Virus record (IMG/VR): IMGVR_UViG_3300003690_000017
Span: 1 to 58,803 of that record
From: a virus
Lineage: Duplodnaviria; Caudoviricetes
Direction: 5' to 3' (one strand)
Length of the DNA stretch: 58,803 bases
Shown: positions 35,650 through 45,694 of the stretch, one piece after another
How positions within the stretch are numbered: position 1 is the first letter of the stretch
Layout: every line of letters starts with the position of its first letter
The notes under the pieces: model-generated
Told to the model about the DNA's origin: nothing
The model's database searches: none
What the model saw: the letters and a program-made list of their open reading frames with translations, nothing else
Position numbers and translations under genes: made by a program

Positions 35650-36861
35650 ATGAAAATCACCTTCTTCAGCGGCTTCGGCTACTGGAAAAAGCTCGGGCCG
35701 AAGGCCCACTTGCAGAAAGGTTCCATGCTCGGCGGCGGCGAGACGAGCCTGATAGAACTCGCGACGGCCCTCGGCAAGCGCAAGGGCGTCGAGGTCACCG
35801 TCATCGGTGATGTCGAGAAGGTGGGCCGCTTTGGCAAGGTCAACTGGATGCAGTGGCCGGGCGAAGAGGGCGTCCCCGAGGGCTGGCAGGCCGATCCGTG
35901 CGACGTGTTTATCGCTTGCGACGCCCCCGGGGCCTTAATGGCCGCCGAAAATGCCACCCTGCGTCTGCTGGACTGCCAAAACAATCACTTCATCATCGCT
36001 CAGGTAGAGCACATGCTGGATGTGGTGGTGGCGCGTTCGGAATGGCATGGTGACACGCTGGAGAGTCACGATCCGAATATCACCCATCAACTCCGCTGGG
36101 TGATGCCTAACGGGATCAGGACGCAACGCTTCGATACCAAGCGGAAGATCGAACGCGAGCCGCTCCGCTGCATGTACTCCAGTAGCCCCGACCGTGGCCT
36201 GCACCACCTCTGCCGCATCTGGCCGAAGGTTCGGGAGGCCCTGCCGGAGGCCGAATTGCACGTCTACTACGACGTGAAGAACTGGATCGAATCCCTCCAG
36301 TGGAACATGGACTTCATGGCTGACCGCGCGTGGCAGGTGAAGCTGGCGATGGGCTACGACTACGAGGAAGAAATTGACGGGGGAACGGCCACCAAGTCGA
36401 TCCCGGGAACCCCCGGCATCATCTTCCACGGCCCTGTCGATCAGGACACGCTGGCGCTCGACATGCTCAAATCGAACCTGCTCCTTTACCCCTGCGACAC
36501 CGTGCAGCCCACGGAAGGGTTCTGCATCACGATCGCCGAGGGTCTGGCTGCTGGCTGCGGCGTGGTGACAACGAACTGCGACGCGATGAACGAACTCTGG
36601 AGCAAGTACGCCACCGTCGTCCCGCTCCCGGTGGACGACGACATTTGGGCCGAGGCGATCACGCGCTTGCTGACTGAGGACGAGCTTCGGGAGCAGCACG
36701 CGGAGAACTGGCGTGCGGGCAGCAAGTACGTGCGCGAACACCTACGCTGGGACGAAATCGCGTCTGTGTGGCAAAATAGGCTTGCCGCCAAGCTCAGGGA
36801 GAAGAAACGCTCTGGGCACAACGCTAGAGAAACTGCTCCTCGAACTCGGATCGCGCCTTAG
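35650..36861 (+). CDS. Glycosyltransferase family 4 (GT-B)
   Basis: GGGETSL...YSSSPDRGL...EGFCITIAEGLAAG; paralogous to the GT4 half of 29687-32245. Confidence 0.85.
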   Translation: MKITFFSGFGYWKKLGPKAHLQKGSMLGGGETSLIELATALGKRKGVEVTVIGDVEKVGRFGKVNWMQWPGEEGVPEGWQADPCDVFIACDAPGALMAAENATLRLLDCQNNHFIIAQVEHMLDVVVARSEWHGDTLESHDPNITHQLRWVMPNGIRTQRFDTKRKIEREPLRCMYSSSPDRGLHHLCRIWPKVREALPEAELHVYYDVKNWIESLQWNMDFMADRAWQVKLAMGYDYEEEIDGGTATKSIPGTPGIIFHGPVDQDTLALDMLKSNLLLYPCDTVQPTEGFCITIAEGLAAGCGVVTTNCDAMNELWSKYATVVPLPVDDDIWAEAITRLLTEDELREQHAENWRAGSKYVREHLRWDEIASVWQNRLAAKLREKKRSGHNARETAPRTRIAP

Positions 36862-37717
36862 CGGTAACCGGGAGCCGGAGGCGGCTGCTGGGACGATTAC
36901 AGCCGACGGCACGCTCACGGCCTTCGAGGACACGCAACGACGCTGGGAAGCAGACGCGCACTGGAACACATCCAGTGTCATCTTCACGTCTCAGGTTAGC
37001 GGCACGACCTCGAACGTCTGGCCGAGCGCCACCGGGCTGGACAACGTATATCGGATCAGCACCTTCACCCAATCCGGGGGCTTCGTCTCCGTCCGCTCCT
37101 TTGCGGCGAGCGTCCAATCGGGCGACACGTACCAGCTTCACCGCCTGTTCAGCCCCGAGCGCAAGCGCGCCGCGATCAACGCCGAAATCTCCTCCAACTA
37201 CCCGCAACTCATGTACGAGTCGGTGGACGAGAGCCAAACCGTTCAAGCGAACACATGGCGCTACGCCGTCCCGAGCCGCATCCATGAGGTATTCGCCGTG
37301 CGCGTGGAAACCCAGCGGGGCATCGAAACCTACCCGTTCCACCGCCTGAGCCGTGAGTCGTGGTACGTCGAGCACGATCAGTCCAGCGGTGAGCGCCTGC
37401 GCTTCCTGCGCTTCGACACCCCGCTCCATCACCTCGCGGCGGTCGGCAACAGGATCAGGATTGAGGGCGCTGGCCCGAACACCGAACTTTCGGCGCTCTC
37501 CGATACCGTGCCGCTCGCGGGCGCGCAACTGGACCCGCTCTACTGGGGCGCAATCAGGCGGCTCTGGCTGGAGCACGGACAGTCGGCCTTTAGCATGAGC
37601 GAGGAGGCCCAACGGGCGCTCGCCTACGCGGAGCAGCAATACGAACGCACGCAACAGAAGGTGGGGCTGCGCAAGCCGTCTCTGCGCCGCGTCGTCGAAC
37701 GCATACGCTGGTCCTAG
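36713..37717 (+). CDS. Head-tail adaptor / tail tubular-type protein (start possibly CTG 36812)
   Basis: Position before the nozzle gene; TTLEKLLLEL...AAINAEI...YAVP pattern of podophage adaptors. Confidence 0.55.
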   Translation: MRAASTCANTYAGTKSRLCGKIGLPPSSGRRNALGTTLEKLLLELGSRLSGNREPEAAAGTITADGTLTAFEDTQRRWEADAHWNTSSVIFTSQVSGTTSNVWPSATGLDNVYRISTFTQSGGFVSVRSFAASVQSGDTYQLHRLFSPERKRAAINAEISSNYPQLMYESVDESQTVQANTWRYAVPSRIHEVFAVRVETQRGIETYPFHRLSRESWYVEHDQSSGERLRFLRFDTPLHHLAAVGNRIRIEGAGPNTELSALSDTVPLAGAQLDPLYWGAIRRLWLEHGQSAFSMSEEAQRALAYAEQQYERTQQKVGLRKPSLRRVVERIRWS

Positions 37718-39667
37718 ATGGCCCGCCAGCAACAGTCAGATTTTGAGCTTGGCGTCGAGACGGTCACCAACCTGCCCCTGCACTGGTATATCGACTGGCC
37801 CAGCAAGCTATACCAACAGGACGAGGTGGCCTACTTCGCGCCCAAGCAGGAACAGGGCGACTTCAGCTACGAGGGCTTCCTGCCGGAGTCGGCGTGGAAC
37901 CGCAACAACTGGGCCTTCGGGATGGGACACGCTCAATTTGAGAAGCCGATCCTCGGGCGCTTCCACCACTCAAACGGTGTTGACACGACGATTCGCAGGC
38001 AACTCATCAAGGGGCCGCAGGCCCAGTCGGTCAGTTTCGGCACTGCTGGGGCCATGCTGGGGCCGCCGGTTGAGTTCTCTGGCAATCTGTATGCCCCGGT
38101 CGGCAGCCATATCGAGAAATCCACCGACGGGGGCGTTACGTGGGCGAACGTAGCCACCCTCGGTGGCGCGATCAAGCGGCTAACGGTCGGCAACGACTGG
38201 AACGGTGACACCGGCCAAATCCTGCTGGCGGCCCTCGGCGAAGATAAAGCGTATGAATACAGCACCAACGGGACATCGTGGGTGGCATCCAACCGCTCCG
38301 GCGATGACGCGCTGGCCGACGACTTCGCGACCCTCGACAACCGGGTTTACAAGGTGCTTGTCACAACCGACTCAACGCCGATCTCCAAGGTCTTCCACTC
38401 CACCGATCCCAAAAACAGCGGTATCTCGTGGACGGAGCTAGGTGATGTAGGCCACCCGGACGCTACCGCCCAGCGCATCGTGAATTACGACAACGCGCTC
38501 ATCATCGGCAAGGTGGACGGCATCTACTCGTATCAGGGCGACGGGACCTTCCACCACCTCCTTGACTTCACCTCAGAGCGCGACGCCGTGAACTGTCAGG
38601 CGATGACGGTGGGGCAGGACGGTATCCTCTACTTCAACATCCGGCACAAGATCGTCACCTTCAACGGCCAGACTGTGCTCAATAAATCGGCGGTTCAGTC
38701 CTTCAGCGTTGTCGGTAACGACATCAACGCATGGGACACCGGGGCCGCCAAGGGCATCCCGCAAGACATGACGTGGGCGCAGGGTTGGCTATGGGTCACG
38801 TTCCTCAACCAAAGCGGTGAATACTTCGTCAATCGCTTCAATCCCCTGCTCGTGCAGTACCCGGGCGAAGGCTGGCATACGGTCTACGCGGCAGGCAGCA
38901 CCGCCATGGGGTCGTTGGTCGTCAGTGCGCTCAATGGGGCGAACCCATACCTGCTGTGTCGGCACGGCACCGCCCTCATCTACTTCATCCTTCCCGACAG
39001 TCAGGACAACCCCCGGCAGGATGACAACTACCGCTACAGCCTCGCCGACCAGCAGGTGACGATGGAGGACTTCGACGGGGGCCTTGCTGACATCCCCAAG
39101 GTCATTCTGGCCCTCGGCGTTGACGCCACCATCCCCACGGGCACGCGCGTCGATGTCGCCTACGCCATAGACCGCTCAGGGTCCTATACGAACCTCGGGA
39201 GCGTCAACACTACCGGCGTCAAGACCAACCTTGAGTTCCCGTCCGACACGGCGGCCAAGACAGTCGCGCTGCGCTTCACCCTTGTCACCACCGACGCCAC
39301 CGTCACGCCGGTCGTTCGCAACTTCACCCTCAGGTATGAGAATCGACCCGAAATCAGGAAGCGCTGGGTCATCCCCGTCCTGATTAAGAGGCTACAGTTG
39401 ATTACGCCGGATCGCACGCCAGAGGCGGCCAAGGAGCAGTTGGAATCCATGCGGCAGACCGCCTTCCCGATCCCCTTCACAGACATCCATGACAACGCCT
39501 TCAACGTGATCGTGGACCACCTTGGTCCGACCATCGAATTCGAGCGACAAGTGGGCGAGGATCCCCAGTTCACGTACCTTCTGCACCTGAAGGAGTTTTC
39601 AGCGGGCAGCGGCGCATGGTACTTTAACGCGGAGAACGCCCTCTTCGATGTCGCCGTGTTCAGTTAG
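37718..39667 (+). CDS. Tail nozzle / stabilisation protein (beta-propeller-like)
   Basis: 649 aa beta-rich, Asp-box-like STDGGVTW and STNGTSW motifs. Confidence 0.6.
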   Translation: MARQQQSDFELGVETVTNLPLHWYIDWPSKLYQQDEVAYFAPKQEQGDFSYEGFLPESAWNRNNWAFGMGHAQFEKPILGRFHHSNGVDTTIRRQLIKGPQAQSVSFGTAGAMLGPPVEFSGNLYAPVGSHIEKSTDGGVTWANVATLGGAIKRLTVGNDWNGDTGQILLAALGEDKAYEYSTNGTSWVASNRSGDDALADDFATLDNRVYKVLVTTDSTPISKVFHSTDPKNSGISWTELGDVGHPDATAQRIVNYDNALIIGKVDGIYSYQGDGTFHHLLDFTSERDAVNCQAMTVGQDGILYFNIRHKIVTFNGQTVLNKSAVQSFSVVGNDINAWDTGAAKGIPQDMTWAQGWLWVTFLNQSGEYFVNRFNPLLVQYPGEGWHTVYAAGSTAMGSLVVSALNGANPYLLCRHGTALIYFILPDSQDNPRQDDNYRYSLADQQVTMEDFDGGLADIPKVILALGVDATIPTGTRVDVAYAIDRSGSYTNLGSVNTTGVKTNLEFPSDTAAKTVALRFTLVTTDATVTPVVRNFTLRYENRPEIRKRWVIPVLIKRLQLITPDRTPEAAKEQLESMRQTAFPIPFTDIHDNAFNVIVDHLGPTIEFERQVGEDPQFTYLLHLKEFSAGSGAWYFNAENALFDVAVFS

Positions 39668-39676
39668 GTACCTATA

Positions 39677-40957
39677 GTGGCACTGTATCAGGCTATCGCT
39701 GGGCAACGGGTCACCGCCACCCGCTGGAATACCTTCTACAACCTCCTCAAGGGCGTTTCCGGCGCTGAGGACACGGTCCGCCTTGCCAATAAGGCCGTTG
39801 ACACCTTCCTCCTGCGTCCAACGACCGACCCCACCTCCGACGTGGCCCTCATGGGGGTGGCCCTAGCTGACGACACCCGCCGCATGGGCATCTGGAGCCA
39901 TGGCGGCGTCTCGGTCGGCGATCAGGTGGACCCCGGGCAGGGCATCCTGTCCACCACGCTCGGGCTGATCGTCAAGGGCGGCACCGCCAGTTTCTCGGCC
40001 CTCGGCGTAGCCGGTCTGAACCTGACCAGCCTGAAAGTTGCAGGCACCGCCTCCTTTGACATCCTCGCAGTCAACAACATGCGGGCCGGAGGCACCGCTT
40101 CCTTCGACACGATCTACGCAAGGCAGGTGTTCGGGGCCGGGACTGCGAGCTTCTCCAGCCTTGACCTGAGCGGCACGCTTACGGTTGACGGGCTATCCAC
40201 GCTTGCCTCGGTTACCGTTCCGTCGGGCACCATGTCTGGAAGCGTGCTTGGGTTGAGCGGGGCTGCCACGATCGGCGGCCTACTGACAGGACGGGCTGGA
40301 CTCAATATCAGCGGGGCTGCTGCCTCTCTCAGTAACGTGCAGGCCACCCTGCTCAGCATCCCGCAGGCCACGCTGACGACCGACGTGCTGGACGTACAGG
40401 GGGCCAGTGCCAACCAGTTCCTCAAAATCACTGGCTCGCGGCCCATTTGGGAAGCCCTGCCGACGGCCAGCCCGACCGCCGCTGGTATTTCCGAGCTTGC
40501 GACTGCCGCCGAAATCGACACTGGCACCGCCACTGGGCGCACCATGACGCCGGACGCTTTCGCCGAGGCAAAGCGAGGCGAGGTTGAGGTTCAAATCCCG
40601 TGCTTTGGGACCGGGACCGATACGGCGACCGGCGACAGTAAGGCCGAGTTCACCATCTCCGACCGATTGGCAGGCATGAATATCAAGCGCGTCTTTGCCT
40701 TCGTGACAACGGCAGGAGTCACGGGCACGCTGAATGTTCAAATCAGCAACGTCACGCAGGCGGCGGACATTCTATCCACGGTAATCACCATCGACAGCGG
40801 CGAGCTTCACACCGCGACGGCGGCGACCCCGGCGGTCATCAACGGGAGCGAGGATGACCTGACCGAGCATGACATCATCGCGATTGACGTGGATGCCATC
40901 CACAGCGGGACGGCGGCGAAGGGGCTGGTTGTGGGCCTCATCTGCGGGACGCCGTAA
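39677..40957 (+). CDS. Tail fibre protein
   Basis: G/T/S/A-rich, four GTASF repeats, ELATAAE..TP fibre motif. Confidence 0.65.
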   Translation: MALYQAIAGQRVTATRWNTFYNLLKGVSGAEDTVRLANKAVDTFLLRPTTDPTSDVALMGVALADDTRRMGIWSHGGVSVGDQVDPGQGILSTTLGLIVKGGTASFSALGVAGLNLTSLKVAGTASFDILAVNNMRAGGTASFDTIYARQVFGAGTASFSSLDLSGTLTVDGLSTLASVTVPSGTMSGSVLGLSGAATIGGLLTGRAGLNISGAAASLSNVQATLLSIPQATLTTDVLDVQGASANQFLKITGSRPIWEALPTASPTAAGISELATAAEIDTGTATGRTMTPDAFAEAKRGEVEVQIPCFGTGTDTATGDSKAEFTISDRLAGMNIKRVFAFVTTAGVTGTLNVQISNVTQAADILSTVITIDSGELHTATAATPAVINGSEDDLTEHDIIAIDVDAIHSGTAAKGLVVGLICGTP

Positions 40958-41719
40958 ATGGCGTCCCCGGAGACGTTCAGCTACACGGGTGGCCAGCAAA
41001 CATTCACCGTTCCGGCAGGAGTCACGACGATCACCGTAGATTGTGCTGGGGCGCAAGGCCGAAACGGACAAGGTGGCAGATCACAGGGTGACCTATCTGT
41101 AACCCCGGGTCAAACCCTCTATATAAATGTAGGGGGGCAAGGCGTCATGAACTCCGGGCTTACGGGAGGGGCAGGAGGATGGAATGGTGGTGGCACTGGC
41201 GGTACCGCTTACTCCAACTATGGAGGCCGTGGTGGGGGTGGAGCTTCAGATGTAAGGCAAGGTGGGACCGCACTTGCAAATCGTGTAGTAGTTGGGTCTG
41301 GAGGTGGAAGCCAAGGGTCTGGGGCTGGTGGGCATGGGGGAGGTGAAACGGGTACAACGGGTACCGGCTACGGAGGAGGTGCAAGCTCAGGTGGTGGAGG
41401 AGGAACCCAAAGTGCAGGAGGCGCAGCAGGTACTGGCAATAACGTAAACGGTACAGTGGGATCATTAGGCTCCGGTGGAAATGGAGGCTCCAGTAACTCA
41501 TCGGGAAGTTACGGAGGAGGAGGAGGCGGTGGTGGATATTATGGAGGTGGCGGTGGCGCAACTGGAGCAGGAGGCTCAGGTGCCGGAGGAGGTGGTGGTG
41601 GGTCATCACTGGTACTTGATGGAGGCTCAACCACTGGTAATTACAGAGCGGGTAATGGCGAGGTCACCTTCACGTACGTGGCGGTGATCCCAGCCCTCGG
41701 CATCATTTTCGTCGGATGA
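40958..41719 (+). CDS. Glycine-rich virion / tail-associated protein
   Basis: FSYTG..QTFTVPAGVT...GAQG...LYINVGGQG...GGGGASDVR glycine-rich domain. Confidence 0.75.
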   Translation: MASPETFSYTGGQQTFTVPAGVTTITVDCAGAQGRNGQGGRSQGDLSVTPGQTLYINVGGQGVMNSGLTGGAGGWNGGGTGGTAYSNYGGRGGGGASDVRQGGTALANRVVVGSGGGSQGSGAGGHGGGETGTTGTGYGGGASSGGGGGTQSAGGAAGTGNNVNGTVGSLGSGGNGGSSNSSGSYGGGGGGGGYYGGGGGATGAGGSGAGGGGGGSSLVLDGGSTTGNYRAGNGEVTFTYVAVIPALGIIFVG

Positions 41720-41946
41720 ACGGAACCGAGAGAGGCGAACTCCGGGAGCTGACGCGGCAGCTCGCCGAATTTCAGGTCAGCATCACGAAAGTCATAGTCC
41801 CGCGCGCCGAGATCGACCGACGCGAATATAGCCTGCGGGACCGGATCAGCAGTAGCGAGTCTCGCGGGATGCGCTGGGCGATATCGCTCGGCGTGCTGAA
41901 CCTCGGTGGTTGGGTCACCTTAATCTGGATGATATCGTCGCCATGA
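41716..41946 (+). CDS. Small membrane protein (holin or antiholin-like)
   Basis: Coiled-coil followed by a C-terminal TM segment; upstream of the endolysin. Confidence 0.55.
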   Translation: MNGTERGELRELTRQLAEFQVSITKVIVPRAEIDRREYSLRDRISSSESRGMRWAISLGVLNLGGWVTLIWMISSP

Positions 41947-41962
41947 AGAACGGAAGGTAGAG

Positions 41963-42085
41963 ATGCCGAAGCTCGGTAAGAAACATTACCCGTACACCAA
42001 GGCGGGACAGGCGGCATACAAAAAGGCGAAGGCGGGGAAAAAGCCAAAGGGGGGTGCCAAGCCAAAGCGAAGGGCCAAAAAGTGA
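41963..42085 (+). CDS. Small Lys-rich peptide (MPKLGKKHYPYTKAGQAAYKKAKAGKKPKGGAKPKRRAKK)
   Basis: Own translation; GAAGG RBS; resembles short basic peptides seen in phage late regions. Confidence 0.6.
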   Translation: MPKLGKKHYPYTKAGQAAYKKAKAGKKPKGGAKPKRRAKK

Positions 42086-42101
42086 TCCGGGGACTTTTTT
42101 A

Positions 42102-43124
42102 GTGAGGCTTCCGGTCCCTGACGGGATAGCCGTCTCACAGGAATACGGGCTGACGCCGTTCGCTAGGGTTCCCGGTAGATACCCGACGCCGGGGCACCCA
42201 GCGATGGATTTTGCTGCGCCTGACGGGACGCCCCTGATGGCTCCGGCAGCCGGTACAGTTAGCCATGTGGGCTACGGGGACCCGGCGGGCTGGGGCTTTT
42301 TCATCGAAGTCATGGATGGTCGCTATACGCACATCTTTGCGCATCTGAATGACGGCGCGAGCAAAACGAAGGTGCGCGCCGGGGACGACGTGACGGAGGG
42401 TCAGGTGCTCGCCGCTACCGGCGACACCGGATGGAGCACGGGGCCGCACTTGCACTGGCAAGTGAACGACATAGCCAGCGGCCCTGCGGTCATGCGCCAC
42501 GCGGTTAACCCGCGTACCCTTATCAATCCGCAGGACTACGATGCGAAGGCGCTTCGCGATTACGCCGCTCTCGCGGCCCTGCGCCACGGCCTCGACCCCC
42601 ACTACTTCCAGCGCCAGATCAATCAGGAGTCCGGCTGGAATATGTACGCTTACTCTAGTGCCAACGCCATCGGCATTGCGCAAATAGTTCCGCGCTGGCA
42701 TCCGTTTGTGAATCCATGGCAACCGTACGACTCATTGGACTACGCCTCAACGCTGATGGCCGGGCACCTGCGGGAGTTCGGGCGCTTAGACTATGCGTTA
42801 GCGGCGTACAACGCAGGCGGGAGCACCGTGCGCCAGTACGGTGGAGTGCCGCCGTTCCCGGAAACCGAGCGCTACGTAGCTGTAATCATGGATGGATGGG
42901 AGGCCCCACAAGTGGGTGATGAAAACGACGACATTGCGATGAACCGCTGGATCAAGAACCAGATGCAGGACCTCGCGCAGGAGGCTATCGGGATGGATAA
43001 CCGCCTCGCTTCTGGCGCTGCGCCGGAACCGGATCGGCTCGCCTATCTCAACCAACGCTTTGCGGACATACGTGACAATTGGGCGGCCCTTTGGGCCGCA
43101 GAAAAAGTTCGGAGGAACACATGA
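42102..43124 (+). CDS. Endolysin: M23 peptidase + SLT lytic transglycosylase
   Basis: HPAMD...FAHL...STGPHLHW (M23); QES...AIGIAQ...ALAAYNAG...PPFPETERYV (SLT). Confidence 0.88.
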   Translation: MRLPVPDGIAVSQEYGLTPFARVPGRYPTPGHPAMDFAAPDGTPLMAPAAGTVSHVGYGDPAGWGFFIEVMDGRYTHIFAHLNDGASKTKVRAGDDVTEGQVLAATGDTGWSTGPHLHWQVNDIASGPAVMRHAVNPRTLINPQDYDAKALRDYAALAALRHGLDPHYFQRQINQESGWNMYAYSSANAIGIAQIVPRWHPFVNPWQPYDSLDYASTLMAGHLREFGRLDYALAAYNAGGSTVRQYGGVPPFPETERYVAVIMDGWEAPQVGDENDDIAMNRWIKNQMQDLAQEAIGMDNRLASGAAPEPDRLAYLNQRFADIRDNWAALWAAEKVRRNT

Positions 43125-43396
43125 TCGGGGATATGGGTAACTGGGCTTACGCGCTGCTGGTGCTTGCGCCGCTCGTGGCTACCGGCGCTGTGGAGCTTTT
43201 CAAGCCGGTGATGGCGACCAAGTTCGTGCCGTTTGTGGGTGCGGTTGTGGGCGCGGTATTTACTGGCCTCGTGATGGGGGCGATTACGACCGACCCCCTC
43301 CTGATTGGGGCGGTGTCTGTCGTGGGCGCGTTCGCTCCAAAGCAGATCGCAGACCGGCTTTTGACCCCCCTCGGGATCAACAATTCCTCCCGCTGA
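43121..43396 (+). CDS. Holin (putative)
   Basis: GGAGG RBS, ATGA coupling, about three TM segments, directly after the endolysin. Confidence 0.65.
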   Translation: MIGDMGNWAYALLVLAPLVATGAVELFKPVMATKFVPFVGAVVGAVFTGLVMGAITTDPLLIGAVSVVGAFAPKQIADRLLTPLGINNSSR

Positions 43397-43453
43397 AATG
43401 CCCTGTTGATTCTGCTACCCTTGCCCTCCGCTTGCTAGACCATAGGAGGTCAA

Positions 43454-44491
43454 ATGGCTACCGCTATCTCTTGGGGGCACGCCACCCGGCTGCCCTTCTC
43501 AGACCGTCAGGAATGGCTCGCCCTTCGACGTAAGGGCCTTGGCGGAACTGACGCCGCCGCGATCCTCGGCGTCAACCCCTACCGCTCCGCGCTGGACGTG
43601 TACCTCGACAAGAAGGGGCTGGTCCCCGAGCTTGAGGAAAACGCCGCAATGGAGTGGGGGAAACGCCTTGAAGACGTGATCGCGACAAAGTTTGTGGACG
43701 ACAATGTGGTGCAACACGATTGGAGCGGGGGAAATAAGGTGGGGTTTGGGTTCTACCTTCGCTCTGCCCAAGAGATCGGTGGCCTTCTCCAGCATCCCCA
43801 GCAGGGTGGATTCGGGTTCATGCTGGCGACACCGGACTACTTTGAGCCGACGCAAAGCTGGGGACTGGAGATTAAGACGGCGGGCGCGATGATGGCCCCG
43901 CAGTGGGGCGACCCACCGTCGATGCTCAACGTACCCGAGCACTACCGGGTTCAGTGCGAGCACTACATGATCGTGACTGGTGCCGCGATGTGGTATCTGG
44001 CCGTCCTGATCGGCGGTCGCGACTACCGTGTCTATGAAATCTGTCCGAATGAGGACCGCGTGGAGAAGCACAAGGCTGCTCTGCTGAGGTTCTGGAACGA
44101 GAACATCCTCGCCGATCTGGCCCCGGAGCTTGATGCGTCCAAGGCTGCTGACACGTACCTGAGGGCCTCGCACCCCGAGGCCACGGCGGGCATGATCGCG
44201 GGCAACGCCGACGACGAGGACGATTACGCGAAGCTGCTCTTGCTGCGTGACACCCGCGACATCGCCGCAGAGGAGTACAAGACCGCCGAAAACCAGATGA
44301 AGGACCGTATCGCGAAGAACGAGGGCATCGAGTTTGCGGAAGGTGGGGCCGTCACTTGGCGGTCGCACGAGCGAAGGAAGACGGACTGGCAGGCGCTCTC
44401 GCGAGATTTTTTGCCGACGCTGGGCGAAAAAGACATAGACGACTTCACCGAATCCAGCGTCTATCGACGCTTCGTAATCAAGAAAGGCTGA
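43454..44491 (+). CDS. YqaJ-like viral recombinase exonuclease
   Basis: WLALRRKGLGGTDAAAILG, ATPD, LEIKT, YRVQCEHYM motifs. Confidence 0.92.
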   Translation: MATAISWGHATRLPFSDRQEWLALRRKGLGGTDAAAILGVNPYRSALDVYLDKKGLVPELEENAAMEWGKRLEDVIATKFVDDNVVQHDWSGGNKVGFGFYLRSAQEIGGLLQHPQQGGFGFMLATPDYFEPTQSWGLEIKTAGAMMAPQWGDPPSMLNVPEHYRVQCEHYMIVTGAAMWYLAVLIGGRDYRVYEICPNEDRVEKHKAALLRFWNENILADLAPELDASKAADTYLRASHPEATAGMIAGNADDEDDYAKLLLLRDTRDIAAEEYKTAENQMKDRIAKNEGIEFAEGGAVTWRSHERRKTDWQALSRDFLPTLGEKDIDDFTESSVYRRFVIKKG

Positions 44492-44495
44492 AGCC

Positions 44496-45662
44496 ATGAC
44501 ACAGGAATCAACCGACCTAGCGTTCCCGCAGCGAGTTCAGGAGTGGGAGAAGTTCCTCGGGCACAACAAGAGCCGCGTAGCCCAACTCGTGAACCAGCGC
44601 GTAGACGTGGGTACGTGGCTACGGGTGGCAATCACGTCCATGCAGCGCAACCCGCTGCTGCTCGACTGCACCCGCGAAAGCATCATGAACGCCCTACTCG
44701 TGGGGGCAGGCATGGGACTCGACTTCGCCGACGGCAAAGACCACCTCTACCTCGTCCCGTTCAAGAACAACCGCCTCGGCAAATACGAGGCGACCTGCAT
44801 CGTCGGCTACAAGGGTTTGATGGAGCTTGCGGTGCGCGAGGGCTACGCCAAGCGCGTGGTGGCCCGGGCCGTGTACGAGAGCGATCACTTCGAGTACGAC
44901 CTCGGCATCAACGAGAAGCTGGAGCATCGGCCCGAGGGTGAGCGCATGGACGAGACTGACATCACGCACGTTTACGCGATCGCCTTCCTCCGGAACGGCG
45001 ACTCCATCTTCGAGGTCATGGACCGCAATCAGGTGGAGAAGATCAGGGCGGGCAGCCGCGCCCGCAACGCGACGGCGTGGACCGAGCACTGGGAAATGAT
45101 GGCTCGCAAGACTGTCATCAAGCGCCTGTCGAAGGCGTTCACCGGCGGCGCAGACACCCCGCCCGCAAACTCCTTCGTCACCGCGATGGCGATTGAGGAT
45201 CGCGCCGAAGGCGGCAACATGGAGATCAGCGATCTGGTGCCGGAAACTACTGCTCCCTTGGAGGCCCCGGCGGAAACGCAAGAGCCTGCGCAACGCGAGG
45301 GGGCGAGCGAGAACGGTGCTGACACGAAAGCTGCGACACCTGAGGCCCTCGCCGAACTCGCTCTGGCGGCCGCGAAGGCCCAGCCGAAAGCTAAGGCAAA
45401 GGCCAAGGCCCGCGCCAAGCCCAAGGCCAAGCCGAAGGAGCCGCCCGTCGAGAATAAGCAGGAGGCCGATATTGTCGCTTCCCCAGAGGACGCGGGCATG
45501 CCCAAGGGCGAGCTTTTGTACTGGCAGCAGGTATTCGGGGCCGTAGCGGTGCCCGAGGGCTTGGCGCTGGTCGTGACGCGCAATACATTCGAGCCGGGTA
45601 GCAAGGCGTTCCGCCAGTTCATGGACATGCACGACGCCCGCGTGGCGCAGCTAGAGGGTTAG
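44496..45662 (+). CDS. recT: RecT family single-strand annealing protein
   Basis: LYLVPF...VGYKGLMELA...AVYESD.F...WEMMARKTVIKRL; adjacent to YqaJ. Confidence 0.92.
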   Translation: MTQESTDLAFPQRVQEWEKFLGHNKSRVAQLVNQRVDVGTWLRVAITSMQRNPLLLDCTRESIMNALLVGAGMGLDFADGKDHLYLVPFKNNRLGKYEATCIVGYKGLMELAVREGYAKRVVARAVYESDHFEYDLGINEKLEHRPEGERMDETDITHVYAIAFLRNGDSIFEVMDRNQVEKIRAGSRARNATAWTEHWEMMARKTVIKRLSKAFTGGADTPPANSFVTAMAIEDRAEGGNMEISDLVPETTAPLEAPAETQEPAQREGASENGADTKAATPEALAELALAAAKAQPKAKAKAKARAKPKAKPKEPPVENKQEADIVASPEDAGMPKGELLYWQQVFGAVAVPEGLALVVTRNTFEPGSKAFRQFMDMHDARVAQLEG

Positions 45663-45694
45663 CGGACCGACGCGCCTAGAAAGGAGACGCACTT

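Noticed and set aside
41160-41630. His/Leu-rich minus-strand ORF
   Set aside because: Antisense shadow of the poly-Gly coding sequence
8404-41719. Stop-codon reassignment (alternative genetic code)
   Set aside because: Both TAA and TAG occur at the junctions, each followed by a start codon and a plausible new protein; known proteins are full length in code 11
45380-45440. Periodic AAGGCC-like repeats in recT
   Set aside because: Simply encode a K/A/P low-complexity linker
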